A stretch of 64,000 nt of DNA from Raillietiella orientalis (lineage: Eukaryota): contig JAYWIR010000001.1 of the NCBI GenBank assembly GCA_036172245.1, forward strand, positions 3,286,001 to 3,350,000, written 5' to 3'. This document shows positions 26,480 to 37,123 of the stretch, in pieces (the stretch's first letter is position 1; each line of letters begins with the position of its first letter). The notes beneath the pieces are model-generated. The model did not search any database, was not told the DNA's origin, and was given only the letters and a program-made list of their open reading frames with translations. The position numbers and the translations under genes are program-made.

Positions 26480-27485
26480 TTGTCTACGAAGGGAAGCCGG
26501 AAAGGATCCGCTCCTGGAATTCCTTCCCTGGAGGGCAGCACCCTCAAGGGAACCGCTTCTAGTTTCCTCCTATGAAGAGTAACTCCGGTGGGATGCTTCC
26601 CAATTTTCACCGAAGAGCCGCTCCGAAGGGAGCAGCGCACTTCACACTCTGGAGAGGTATCAGTCCGTCAGCTCCATGGCCCGCGATGGAGAGTCCCCCC
26701 CGGAAAGCGGTGGGAGAGGGAGAGTTCCATCTGCACAATCGGAGAGTAACCTCGAACCATCATTCGGCTCCTTGATTCTGATTCCTGGAAGGACCCCAGT
26801 CGTCCACTCCCAGTCCCAGCCACTAGGAGGTGAGGGAATCCTTCCCGCGCCTCCTAGTGGACTGTGTTGCCCTCCGACCCCTTTGGGGACGCTTGGCCAC
26901 GACCCTTGGAACCCCCGGAGGCAACGCCAGAGACGTTGGCACCTCTTCCTGCGCGACGCCCTCACGCCGGCCGTATGTGTAGCAACACTTTGTTGCCCAC
27001 GAGGCGGGACCGTGGCTGCATGGAGCAATGCCAGAGGTGGCCAGAACGACAGGGATGCCATCTATTCTGCTGTTCTCTTCATGAGGGGGATAGCGTCAAG
27101 ATGGCTCCATCTGGGAACCATAAAACATGAACCTGCCGGCATCCTTACAAGGATGCAGAAGATGCCCACCAGCACCAGCACACAATGATCCCTTCCCGAT
27201 CCCGGCAGGCTCCTTTTCGTATCCATAAGTAACGTGGCAGGATCAGACGTCCTGCCACGACATGTAGGTTTAGAAATAAACGTCCTGGCGTGACCGGGTG
27301 TCAACCAGCTTCCACCATTGCCGCATCCGAATATAGGCCAACCGGCGTCATCTTGAGGGAAGAAGTCGAACCAACGACGCACCGGTTTCTCTGGCGTCGA
27401 TCCTTCCCCCGGTTGGAGATTCGAACCCGCGACGCTGGGTGCAACGTGCGGAGGCCGCAGACACACGGCCTCCGACGCGTGTCGA
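26480..27485 (-). mobile_element. SINE-like family, long copy F with an internal antisense ORF
   Basis: Head GCGTCGGAGGCC...GCGTCGCGGGTTCGAATC (B-box 27427-27418) is homologous to the heads at 38.5 and 40.3 kb. Internal GGAAAGGATCCGCT / AAGGGAACCGCT repeats and TGATTCCTGGAAGGACCC are shared with copy D. Confidence 0.7.
26676..27188 (+). CDS. Element-internal ORF of unknown function; conserved part from ~26883 (~100 aa)
   Basis: Open frame, ~50% aa identity to the 25764-25973 remnant over 72 codons, with two codon-sized indels and an excess of third-position changes. Followed by a 10-bp hairpin (27233-27259) and AATAAA (27275-27280). Confidence 0.5.
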   Translation: MARDGESPPESGGRGRVPSAQSESNLEPSFGSLILIPGRTPVVHSQSQPLGGEGILPAPPSGLCCPPTPLGTLGHDPWNPRRQRQRRWHLFLRDALTPAVCVATLCCPRGGTVAAWSNARGGQNDRDAIYSAVLFMRGIASRWLHLGTIKHEPAGILTRMQKMPTSTSTQ

Positions 27486-29605
27486 TACGAACAGCTGTTG
27501 CAAACAAAGGAGCTTCCAGCTGGCGCAACCGTTTCGTAGGCTTTCCTTCCTTCCGTCCCTCTTTTCTTTGCGCGGGAATACATGCGCACGCTCGTACAAG
27601 CGCTGCACGTGTGCCTGAGGATGGTGCTCAACACGTACGCACGTCTGCACGTGTTCCTTGATTGATTAAAGAGGAACCTCTGCTGCCCAGGGAACACGGA
27701 AGTCACAAAGCCACCTCTGGTGAGCAACTCGTTCTTCCACTCCCAGTCGACCGCCGTATCGTGCAGCGTGTTTGTTTTGCTTGTCCTCAGTTTCTCTTCC
27801 TTTTTCTAATGTCCCCTTGCTGGATCTGCGTGAGAGCTAACGTCATTCACCCTTCTCATTCTTTGATCTTCAACATTTTTTGTGTGTGTGTTTTCGATAC
27901 AGGGAAATTTCTCTCAGTATTCGAAATGTCGAGTTTCAGTGCCAAAGATTTCTTCTGTGCTCGCCGGAACTATGCGTTTCGCAATTCCCTTTCAATAACT
28001 GCTATTTCGTAGGATACAACACACCCAAGCGTTCGTAAAAGACTGCCAGAAGCCTCAGCTTTGCTCGAATTCCTGACGTCCTCTTTGTTTGGTTCCTGCA
28101 ACCCGAGTTTGCTGCGCCCTTTTGCCCGATCTTGCACGTGCCATTGTGGGCCTCGTGAGCCAGCAGGCCTCTCGTTTGGATGACCTCCGCAAGATTTTAC
28201 ATCTTTCCTCCGATGGCCTTCCAGGATTTCGAATTTCACAACGTCTTCCTTCTTGAATGGAGGGATTTTCCCAGTGTGCGTCCCCCGCCCCCCTTTCCCG
28301 TACTTTACGCAGGAGTTGAGAACTCGAAAATCGCGAAACTCTCTTACGCCTCCCTCTTACTCTCTTACGGTTCCCTAGACACGCGTACCTCATCGCAAAG
28401 GTTTTCGTCTTAGAAGATCTGCAGGAAATTTTCAAACAAAACGCTGACTCCCATGCGAGCAGCTTCTTTGGCAAACCGGTTGCTAACACAGCTATTCGAA
28501 TATCTCGTCTAAGCTGCCGGAAAATAGATGATTGTAATCGCTCGCCCTCCACCTACGTCCGTTGCAAACTTTGATGAGATACACACCCGGGAAAGCACAT
28601 GCTGCTGATGGCAGGGTTACTACGTCCCAGATCAGTTTTCATGCAATGTTCGACCTTGGAGCCTCTCCGCGAAAGAAACAGCAATGTAGGTTTCACGTGC
28701 AGGGATGGGAAACTTGAAGGTGCAGGGGGTACGGCCTCACCCTCGTCTCTGTGTTCAACACAAAGTCTCAACAGCATCAAAAGTACGCACTCTTTTCTAT
28801 CGCCGTGTGAGATCATCGTCAGTAACATCTGCTGTCATCTGTTGATAATTGGCATTTGCGGAACAGAGTTGTCCCTGTGATGGTAGCGGTCACCACAGGC
28901 ATTCTTGAATTGCGGATGTCACTTGAGTGCCAGCAGGTTGCATTTCGAAAGCTGTCACTTCCCGATATCCTCCCCTGACGTGAACGTGTAGGCGGATACC
29001 AGTCGTGGGATAGCCCGCCGCACTCCAGGTTCAACAGAAGGATGAGGAAGGATGAAGTCCTGCACGAAAGTCAAGACTTAACGGAAATCTGCATCCCCCT
29101 CCATGTGCACAAGGACTTGTTAAGTGCAAAAGGAATCAAAGAACACACTGTCTTCTTCAATGTGGTAGGTTGCACTCTTAGAAACGGAAGGGGATCCAAA
29201 TTAATGCGATGGACCTTAAAGGAAAATCATCTACCAGGGGCAGTCAACAGGAAACGGAAAACCTATGCCCGGACCGTGTGTCACAAAATGGAACATCGGA
29301 TTTTGATTGCTGTGATCTGGCCATATGCAGCCATGTTTGATGGGGAATATCAAAAAGCCTTCTAGCAAAATTACCCACACGATTCGTTTCCTCAGTAACG
29401 AATGGATCATCGTCCGTGGTTCAGACTGGGATGTACAAACCTGGGAAAACAAAAGTAAGATGGGCTTTTGTGTCTTTTACCGTCGTTTGGTTAACTATTA
29501 ACTTGACCTGCCAATGTGTTTTTTTTTTAAGATAAAGTTTTTTCGCAAGATAAGTCTCTTTCTTTGTCTTTTCGCGAGTGGGAACACTGAGAAGATCTCA
29601 AATTG

Positions 29606-29858
29606 CAAATAAAATAAAATAGAATAAAATGAAATAAAATCAAATTAAATCTAAACAAAACAGAATTAAATTAAATTAAGTTAGAAGAAAAACAAAACAA
29701 AACAAAATGAAATGAAATCAAATGAAATAAAATAAAATTAAGTTAAAATCAAAACAAGACAAAATAAAAAAAATAAAATGAAATAAAATGAAAAATTAAA
29801 ATGAAATAAAATAAGAAATTAAAATGAAATAAAATAAGGAATTAGAATAAAATAAAAT
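29606..29858. repeat. Degenerate pentanucleotide microsatellite (AAAAT/AAATG/AAATT/AAAAC)n
   Basis: Directly visible 5-nt periodic A-rich tract. Confidence 0.9.
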
Positions 29859-30681
29859 GGCCGCGATAATCAGACCTGATTGTTGCCTCCAATGATTTGT
29901 GATGTGACCATTCCAGCAGTTTTATGGTCCTTCGCGCATTCGACTTCGGGGCGTACAATTCGTACCGAGTGTACAATCTCCGTTGAGTGCTGCATAACAA
30001 GTACCGTACCCATTCACTCAAACTGCTTTTTTTCCCTTGGCATGTAATTTACAGCTCACCAACATTTTGCCTTATTGCAGCCATTCCCAATTTCGAGTTG
30101 CTTCCAATCTTCCAATTTTCTTCCATTCTTCGTATTCATTCATTCATTCATGAAAAAGAAAAACACAAGAAAAAAAAAAAAACTTTTGAAACTTTACGTA
30201 AGAATGACCTTTAATGATGATCAAAGATCCATCGGTTTCATTTGGAGACCAGATTTAGATTTGCTGAGATAATTGCTCTTTGAAGACAACAGGGCATTTG
30301 AAATGAGATAGGGCATGCAAAGAACGGACGGAACGAACCCTCAGAAGCAATGATTCCAATGAGATGCTTGAAAATGTGTATTGTCTACTACACTACTTAC
30401 GAAACAGTGACATGTTTGAAAGCTGCTTGCTGCACCACGGAGTCCCAATGAAAATAATCACATCTAGAACGAATCATTGCAGAGTTCTGCAGCCAAGGTC
30501 TGCTAATCCTCCAATCGTTTCTTTATTTTGACCCTAGTCCGTGCTGCAAATTTCGGTCCTACATATTGTACTTCTGTTGTTAATGGAAAACATCCATAAA
30601 TCTTCGAGAGGTTTGTGTTATTTCGATGGTAAAACGTGAACTGCAACATTTGGAGGCATGGTTGCCAAGATAGGAATACTA

Positions 30682-30737
30682 ACAGAGAAGATTAGCATGG
30701 CCCCTGGGCAAGCATGGCACCCAAAATCGTGAAGCGT
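30682..30737 (+). ncRNA. U6: U6 snRNA core fragment, probably a pseudogene
   Basis: ACAGAGAAGATTAGCATGGCCCCTGGGCAAGCATGGCACCCAAAATCGTGAAGCGT matches the metazoan U6 core as I recall it at ~52/56. ACAGAGA box and AGC triad intact; no 3' T-tract and no canonical 5' stem-loop. Confidence 0.85.
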
Positions 30738-33700
30738 CATCAATCCGGGGTGCTGCTTTGCTTCTAATGGTTGAGGTAAACAAACACATTTGAAGCGGAC
30801 AAGATGGGAGAAAGCGGGAAAATCAACACGTGATCTGGACCAGCTACGAAACAGTGCCGGAAGGCTTTAGTGAGCGTCATGAACTGCAAGAGAAATCACA
30901 GTGAATCTTTCAAACGAAGCGCTGCAAGCAGAATTTGTAACAAGGACTGCATAAGAGGAAGGCAAGGTCGAATGCAAAATAATCTTTACCCAATCACAAA
31001 AGGATGGACACTTGCTTATCTTCATCTTTTGATGCAAGAGTATTCTCGTCATTAACAAATACACCTTTCGTTACAAGAAAACCGCAGGATTCTGCTTTCC
31101 TGCCTATCCTTATCAGCTGCTCTCAGACAGTATCTACGACATGAGACGATGAGTGCATGCCAAAAAAAATAACGGTGAATTTTTGCCAAACGAAATTTAT
31201 CGAAGAATGCGGTGCTTTTTTATGTACAATACGACTTGTTGTGTGAATACGAATACCGGAAGAGTTTAACACAAAAAAATGTTAAAGTGGGGAGGAGCCT
31301 CTGCTGAGATCTGGTTGGTGACTCACACTGAAGTGTTGGTTTCCACAACGTTATCAAACCGATGAGCAGGATGCAAAAAATCATCCTCAGCTGCTTTCCA
31401 GCGCGCAAAAACAAAAGTCCGTCAGCTGTTCAGTTGTTCTGTTCACCTTAAGGTGAATAAAATTTACCTTGCTATTTGTACTTGAAATAAACAGACTCGC
31501 GAAGGAGGCTGCAGGTTCCTGGAAACTCGAGAAATGCCACTTTGCAGGTTGGCGGACGCCTTTGGGTTGCGCACGCTGGTCGTGTTTGAAAAATACACTC
31601 AAACGAGGAGATAACCAAGCATTAGTTTAAAAGAGGCTTTAGGTTAAAGTCAGTATTGCATTCCAATCAAAGCGTAAAATTCTGCTAGGAAGGAGATTCG
31701 AGGGCGTTTCTTTCCTTCCGTGCTTCCAGAGCAGCATCCGCAACAGTTTGTCTATCGTCCTGGTTTCCAGACCATCAGACAAACGGATGAAGATCCCTAC
31801 GCATGTGTTTATCAGAAACGAATTGAAACATTTCTTGAAATTTTGCACCTGTTTTCCAAGTTTATTAAAACTTTCAGCGCAACCAAGCAACAGCTAAAAA
31901 AGATTCAAGAATTAAGATAGCCGTACGGAAGAAGTATGCAAGAAATTGGAGAAGTTGTCTATTGCTTTCGAGGATCCAGAGTCTTGTATACAGTGTTTCA
32001 TCACCATCGAGAGCAATAAAAAATGTCTCTTGAGGCGAAGGAAGCAATATCTAGGACCAGTTCCTGCTACGGTAAGCGGGACTTCCCTCTTTGCGTTAAA
32101 TCCTTCAATCCATTCATTTTTCTTTTCCTTTTCGTTTTTCTTTTATCGCTGCTTGAGGCATGGAATGAAATAGTCGGGTCACCTCGGGGAGGGTCGCCTC
32201 CGCGAATCCAGGCACGAAACTGTCATCGAAATTAAGCAATGGCAACTAAGGCGAATTCTCTGCATCGGAACAAAATGTTCTTGTGCATCCTTCGGAAGAA
32301 GGGCGTCCTTCCTGCCATGGCCGTCTTACGGAGTGCTCACACATATTACGAGGCGCATTACACGCTCGCAATTCACGACGCACGCTGTAATTTATTAACA
32401 GTAGCAGTCGTGCTATGATTTATTTGAAAACATCGGATGGGAACTCTTGCCGAACCAGGCACAGCAAGCTGTTCCTGCAACAAGCCAGTCCTGCGCCTTC
32501 GGCACTCAAGAGGGCAGAGAAAAGTACAGAGATTCAACAGCAGCAACAGCGAATCTTTTCTCGCTGAAGAATTTTCGAGAACAAGGGGAAAAACAACTAT
32601 TCTTGCGGTGGAGTGGAAAAAGGAAAGGCAAAAAGTAAATAAATAACCTGAATGTTGCGAGGTACACATTTACGGCCTGCAGCTTCTTAAATCTCCCATT
32701 AGCGGGTCCTCACAGAGTGGGGGGACAACGAAACCATGCGGCCCCACAAAGAGAAAAAGCCTGCGAGGTTTGGATGGAAGGAAAACCTCGGCTTGAAGAG
32801 CTTCTCGAGTCGCCTATTCAACCCGTCAGTAATGTGAAGCGTTCTTGCACCGATGGGGGATTCGTTGCCACGCCCATTGGGTATGTTTCTGTAGCTTGGC
32901 TGAGCACGTCGTTGCATCTTTGCATCTACCAACTCTTTCTGTGAAGTGGTTTTGCTGCCTCCGGTCACCGCGCATTCCAGAGGTACGTGATGACCATAGG
33001 CAAAGGAATAAGTGGCTTCTTGCACGGTGAACGCGCGGGAACGGAGAGGACAAGCTGGAGGAGGCGAGGGGCTCTCAGCCACCCTCGTCGGTGCTTCCAG
33101 CGTGTCCGGGAAGACGCTCGAAAGTTCGTCTGGAAGACTGTCCCATGCTATCGTATCCACGCGCACAAGATGGTGGAAACTTTTCTTTTTCCCTATTTGG
33201 GAACAAGGAAGAGGAAGTAGGGAGAGGGAGGAAGAAAGGGAGGCGCCGGCCTTTGGCTCCCGTCGCGGGAGAAGGTGGAAGCAGCAAAAGGGGAACAAAA
33301 CCCGAGCGGTTGCTGTCGAGGTTTGGGGAGGAAGAAGGGCGAGAGTTGCTCCCGGCGACCACGAGAGGAAGGAGTGCAGGAGGAAGGCGTCGGGGTGGCG
33401 CGGAATCAAGGAAACGTCCCTCGGGAGAGCGAGGTAGGAGACTCCGGGCTTCCTCAAGGGGGGTCAAGGAAGACCAGGAGAAGTCCGGATGCGCGCAGGG
33501 CATGCGGATGCCTCTGATAGGGAAGGCCGCTAAGCATTCTCGGTGGTAGGAACTGGGACATCTGACGGGGCGAGTGCCTCGCATCTCGGAGGATGGAGGC
33601 TGCAGAGCAGTGAGGATGAGCTGCCCCGCGCGACTGATCGTCCACCTTCCTCCCACGTCTCCCTTTTCCGCCCTGAAGTCTCTATCGTCCATCTTTTCCC

Positions 33701-34229
33701 CCTCCACACTCCGCGCCTCGGTAGGAAGGCACCGCAGACCTGGTTTTTTCCGGTGTGGGGGTCCGGGAGATCCTCCGGCATCACTGGAGTAGGAGGACGC
33801 TGCCGCCGCCTTCCGAGATTCTCCGCCTCGTGCAATCCTGGGAATTGTCGGGATGTGACGACTTCTCGGGTGCTGTGGTCCTGGTCTCAGGGCTACAAAC
33901 CTCAGCGCCCGTCGGAGCTAACTGCAGGAATGCTGCTCCCCCCCACCTGGCCATCGTCCTCCACTCCGCTCTTCGAGGAGTCCCTCCGGCTGCCGCAGCA
34001 AAGAAGGGAGAGTATCCTACTGCAGAGGTTCTTCCTTCTTCTTCCGCTCTCTCAAGAAGGGGAGGGATTTCCCTCTCTCCTTGCCCCTTCCTCGCCTGTC
34101 GCTTCCCTTCTTTTCCACCTCTCCCTCCCCCCTGGTCTTCTTCCAACTGAACGACATGATGTGGACCTGCGCCCTCTTCTTTCAGTCATCCCTTCCTCCG
34201 TCTCTTCGAGCTGTCGTTTCGTCGACGAG

Positions 34230-35909
34230 ATGGAGATGCAGTACCGGAAGGGCGAGGACAGCGTAAGTGTCTGGCGCGGGGCGAGGCAAGGACGGCGCGT
34301 GGTGGACACGCGCTTCACCTTACAGGTCCTGGAGCTCTCCCTGAAGGACGCCGAGAACGTGGTTTTCCGCAACCGGCGCTACGAGCTGGTGGTGAAGGAT
34401 GTCAGCGACGACCTCCTCCTCCCGCTGTCGGAGGCGGCAGCGGACGATGGAATGGGAGGAGGAAGAGGAAGAGCGGAGGACAAGGAGGATAAGGAGGAGG
34501 AGGAAGATGAGGGGGAGAAGAAGACCAAGGTGTGGAAAGGAGGCGGTCCATCCTTCCGGGTGCGGACGGGGCTGGAAGCGGAGAAGATCCGCATCCACGT
34601 GGAGAAGAGGCGCTCCCACGAGCGCTACCTGCGAGCCGCGGAGATGCGTCTGGACTCGCTGAGGAGATCCGGAGGCGGAAGCCGCGCAGGATCGGGAGGA
34701 GGAGGAGGGAAAGACTGCATCCAGGTCGACCTGACGTCCAGCGAGGTCCTGCCTCCGCTGCTGTTCAAGGAGGAGGAGGGGAAGGGGGAGGAGGAAGTCG
34801 CTGCTTGCAGCCCGGGCCCCGCGCACGAGACAGCGTCGGCTGCCACTGCGACCCCTGGCCTCCCCTCCGCCGCAGCCGCGCATCACCGCTGCCGGAGATC
34901 CCCAGGAGGAGAGTCCTCACCGTCCCAGGCAGCAGACGGAGGCGACGACCCTGCGGACCTGCCCTGCTCCCTTGAAGGTGGGAAGGGAGAGACGCCAGCA
35001 GAGGCGCTCGTCCTTCTCCTCCCTCGCCTCCAGAGCCCCCTCCTCCATCCCGTGCTCGCTGCCGCGCCCTTCGCCTCCCCGGAGGAGCGCAAGGCCGCAG
35101 GAGGGACTGCCAAGTGCTCCTCCAGCTCGGAGGACCGCTGGGGCAGCCGCTGCGGAAGCGAGGACCTCTGCTCGGAGCGCAAAGGGACGAAGAGTGGCGT
35201 TGTCGCCCCGGGGGGCGGCACGCCGCCGCCCGCGAGTCGCCTTCGCTCTATCCCGCCCCACCTCACCCTGAGGGAGCTCCTCTACCCGCGGAGGATGCGC
35301 AACCTCATGGACAGTGTCGACCTCATCCTGAGCGCCCTGGGGGCCGTGAAGACGCGAGGCCAGTTCCCGCTGAACGAGCGCTACCTCACGTGCTTTGCCG
35401 GCCTCGCGTGCCACCTGGAGAGGAATGTCCAGGACTACCTGTCGCAGATCATGGAATGGGGCGACCCCTCGTACGACTTCGGCGGCTACCTGAACATGGT
35501 GGCGTCCCTCGAGAGGCTGCAGTCGAAGATTTCGAGAGGGGAGCGCGGGTGGTTGTCGTCCCGGGAAGGGACTGACCGCCGCTGGCATCGTGCCGCCTCT
35601 GACCTGAGCGCCCTGATAGTGTCCCTGGGGCGCGAGCTCAGGGAAAACCTCGAGGTGTTGGTCTGCGAGTGCTTGCAGACTTCCCTCTTCGGCTACGCCG
35701 CGTTCCCAGGGTACACGAAGCTGCCCCTCACCTGGGACGTGGAGAGAAAGCTGCAGAGGAGGCTCCGGGACCTGCTCCAGGCCAGGGCGGACTCCTTCCC
35801 GGCCTTCCTCACGCAGCTCTACGCCGCCGAGTGGATCGAGGCGGCCCTGAGCGGGGCGCAGCTGTCCGAGGACAAGGCGACCCAGACGGACCCCGCAGCC
35901 ATCGCGTGA
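34230..35909 (+). CDS. Orphan protein: N-terminal beta-rich (PH-like?) segment, disordered linker, ~200-aa helical C-terminal domain; true 5' end uncertain
   Basis: 3' part of the 788-aa ORF, with very high GC3 from ~34211. A pyrimidine tract and TTTCAG acceptor at 34185 precede it. A probable in-frame 63-nt intron GTAAGT...CCTTACAG lies at 34263-34325. Confidence 0.7.
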   Translation: MEMQYRKGEDSVSVWRGARQGRRVVDTRFTLQVLELSLKDAENVVFRNRRYELVVKDVSDDLLLPLSEAAADDGMGGGRGRAEDKEDKEEEEDEGEKKTKVWKGGGPSFRVRTGLEAEKIRIHVEKRRSHERYLRAAEMRLDSLRRSGGGSRAGSGGGGGKDCIQVDLTSSEVLPPLLFKEEEGKGEEEVAACSPGPAHETASAATATPGLPSAAAAHHRCRRSPGGESSPSQAADGGDDPADLPCSLEGGKGETPAEALVLLLPRLQSPLLHPVLAAAPFASPEERKAAGGTAKCSSSSEDRWGSRCGSEDLCSERKGTKSGVVAPGGGTPPPASRLRSIPPHLTLRELLYPRRMRNLMDSVDLILSALGAVKTRGQFPLNERYLTCFAGLACHLERNVQDYLSQIMEWGDPSYDFGGYLNMVASLERLQSKISRGERGWLSSREGTDRRWHRAASDLSALIVSLGRELRENLEVLVCECLQTSLFGYAAFPGYTKLPLTWDVERKLQRRLRDLLQARADSFPAFLTQLYAAEWIEAALSGAQLSEDKATQTDPAAIA

Positions 35910-37040
35910 ATCCTCGCCCTCCCACCCACCCCGCTGGCAGGAAAGCGCTGGACTCCCCCTTTCCTTCCCTGCCCGCCTGCCGCGGGCGAGGACCATCACC
36001 AGCAATACAGTGCCTCTGGGCATATTCCTACCAGCAAGGGACGGGTAAGGGGGGGAGGTGCAGGCCGTGCTGTCTGGGGGAGGGAGGGGGGCATGCGCGC
36101 TCGAGAGCATCCACCCGCCCGCGCGGGCTCTCGTCGCTGGAGACGCGCACGCACCGTCCCCTTGACAACGCGGAGACCGCCGTGGCTCATGAGCAGCAAG
36201 CGTCTGTCTCCTTCCCCCTCTCAGTCGGAGGAGCAGCAGCAGGAGGGAAAGCGAAAATAAAAGGAAGGTAGGGCACGAGAAGGTTCTCGGCCGTGCTACC
36301 TCGGAAGGCGGGAGGAAGAGGAACGGGTTGCCAAGCACACACTCGGGCGTGGGCACGGAGATCCTTCCCATGCCTTGATGAGGCGTTTCACGAATTTTCA
36401 TTTTTTGTTCTCCGCCCTCCCTCCTCCTCCCCCCCCTTTACCCGTGCTGCGAGGTTGCGCGGGCTGGAAAATGGAAAACGAGGGGTATCCGAGAGCACCT
36501 TGGCAACCCACCCTGTGTCGACGACCTTCCTCCTAAAAACGACGGAAGGTCACCCGTGCGACCTGGGAAGAAGGTCAAGGGAGTGCGCCCGATTCGAGCC
36601 TGAAAACTTCGTCCTCAACTTCCTTATCGACCCGGATGAAGAATCGGTCCAATCGGGATCGTTGCCCTGACAACCGCGAAAGAAACAAAACAGGCGCTCC
36701 GTCAACCAAATCATTAGGAAGATAAGGGCGCTCGATGGAGATGAAGTTCCCAAGTATTATGGCATTCAAGCTTAGAGGAAGACGAAGAAAGAAAAAAAAA
36801 AATCCGTAGGTGCGGACGCCTGCGCGTGGTTAGCTGGAAAGTTCTTCCGCTCTGCGCAACGAGGTTCTCAAGGAAACCTGGTTACCGAACGACTGAGAGC
36901 GTGATATCGAGTTGTGCCGAGACAAGGATGTTCCCCACGCGCCCAGCAAGAACGCGCTTTCCATGGCAACAACGTTACTTTGAAAATGATTCCGAGAGAA
37001 TTCTGCCTTATCCTTACCATTGCATGACTTGCGAAAGCAG

Positions 37041-37045
37041 AAAAA
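37041..37045 (-). terminator. Pol III terminator (TTTTT) of tRNA-Lys
   Basis: T5 run 5 nt downstream of the tRNA 3' end on the minus strand. Confidence 0.75.
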
Positions 37046-37050
37046 GGATG

Positions 37051-37123
37051 CGCCCGGACGGGGGCTCGAACCCCGGACCGTTAGGTTAAAAGCCTAACGC
37101 TCTACCGACTGAGCTATCCGGGC
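37051..37123 (-). tRNA. trnK-UUU: tRNA-Lys (anticodon TTT)
   Basis: GCCCGGATAGCTCAGTCGGTAGAGCGTTAGGCTTTTAACCTAACGGTCCGGGGTTCGAGCCCCCGTCCGGGCG, 73 nt. All four stems pair; no encoded CCA. Confidence 0.96.

Noticed and set aside
33543-34185. N-terminal ~215 aa of the 788-aa ORF as coding
   Set aside because: GTG start and a long pyrimidine tract ending in TTTCAG; more consistent with intron or UTR read-through.
34917-36401. 494-aa minus-strand ORF
   Set aside because: Antisense shadow of the high-GC3 + strand gene.
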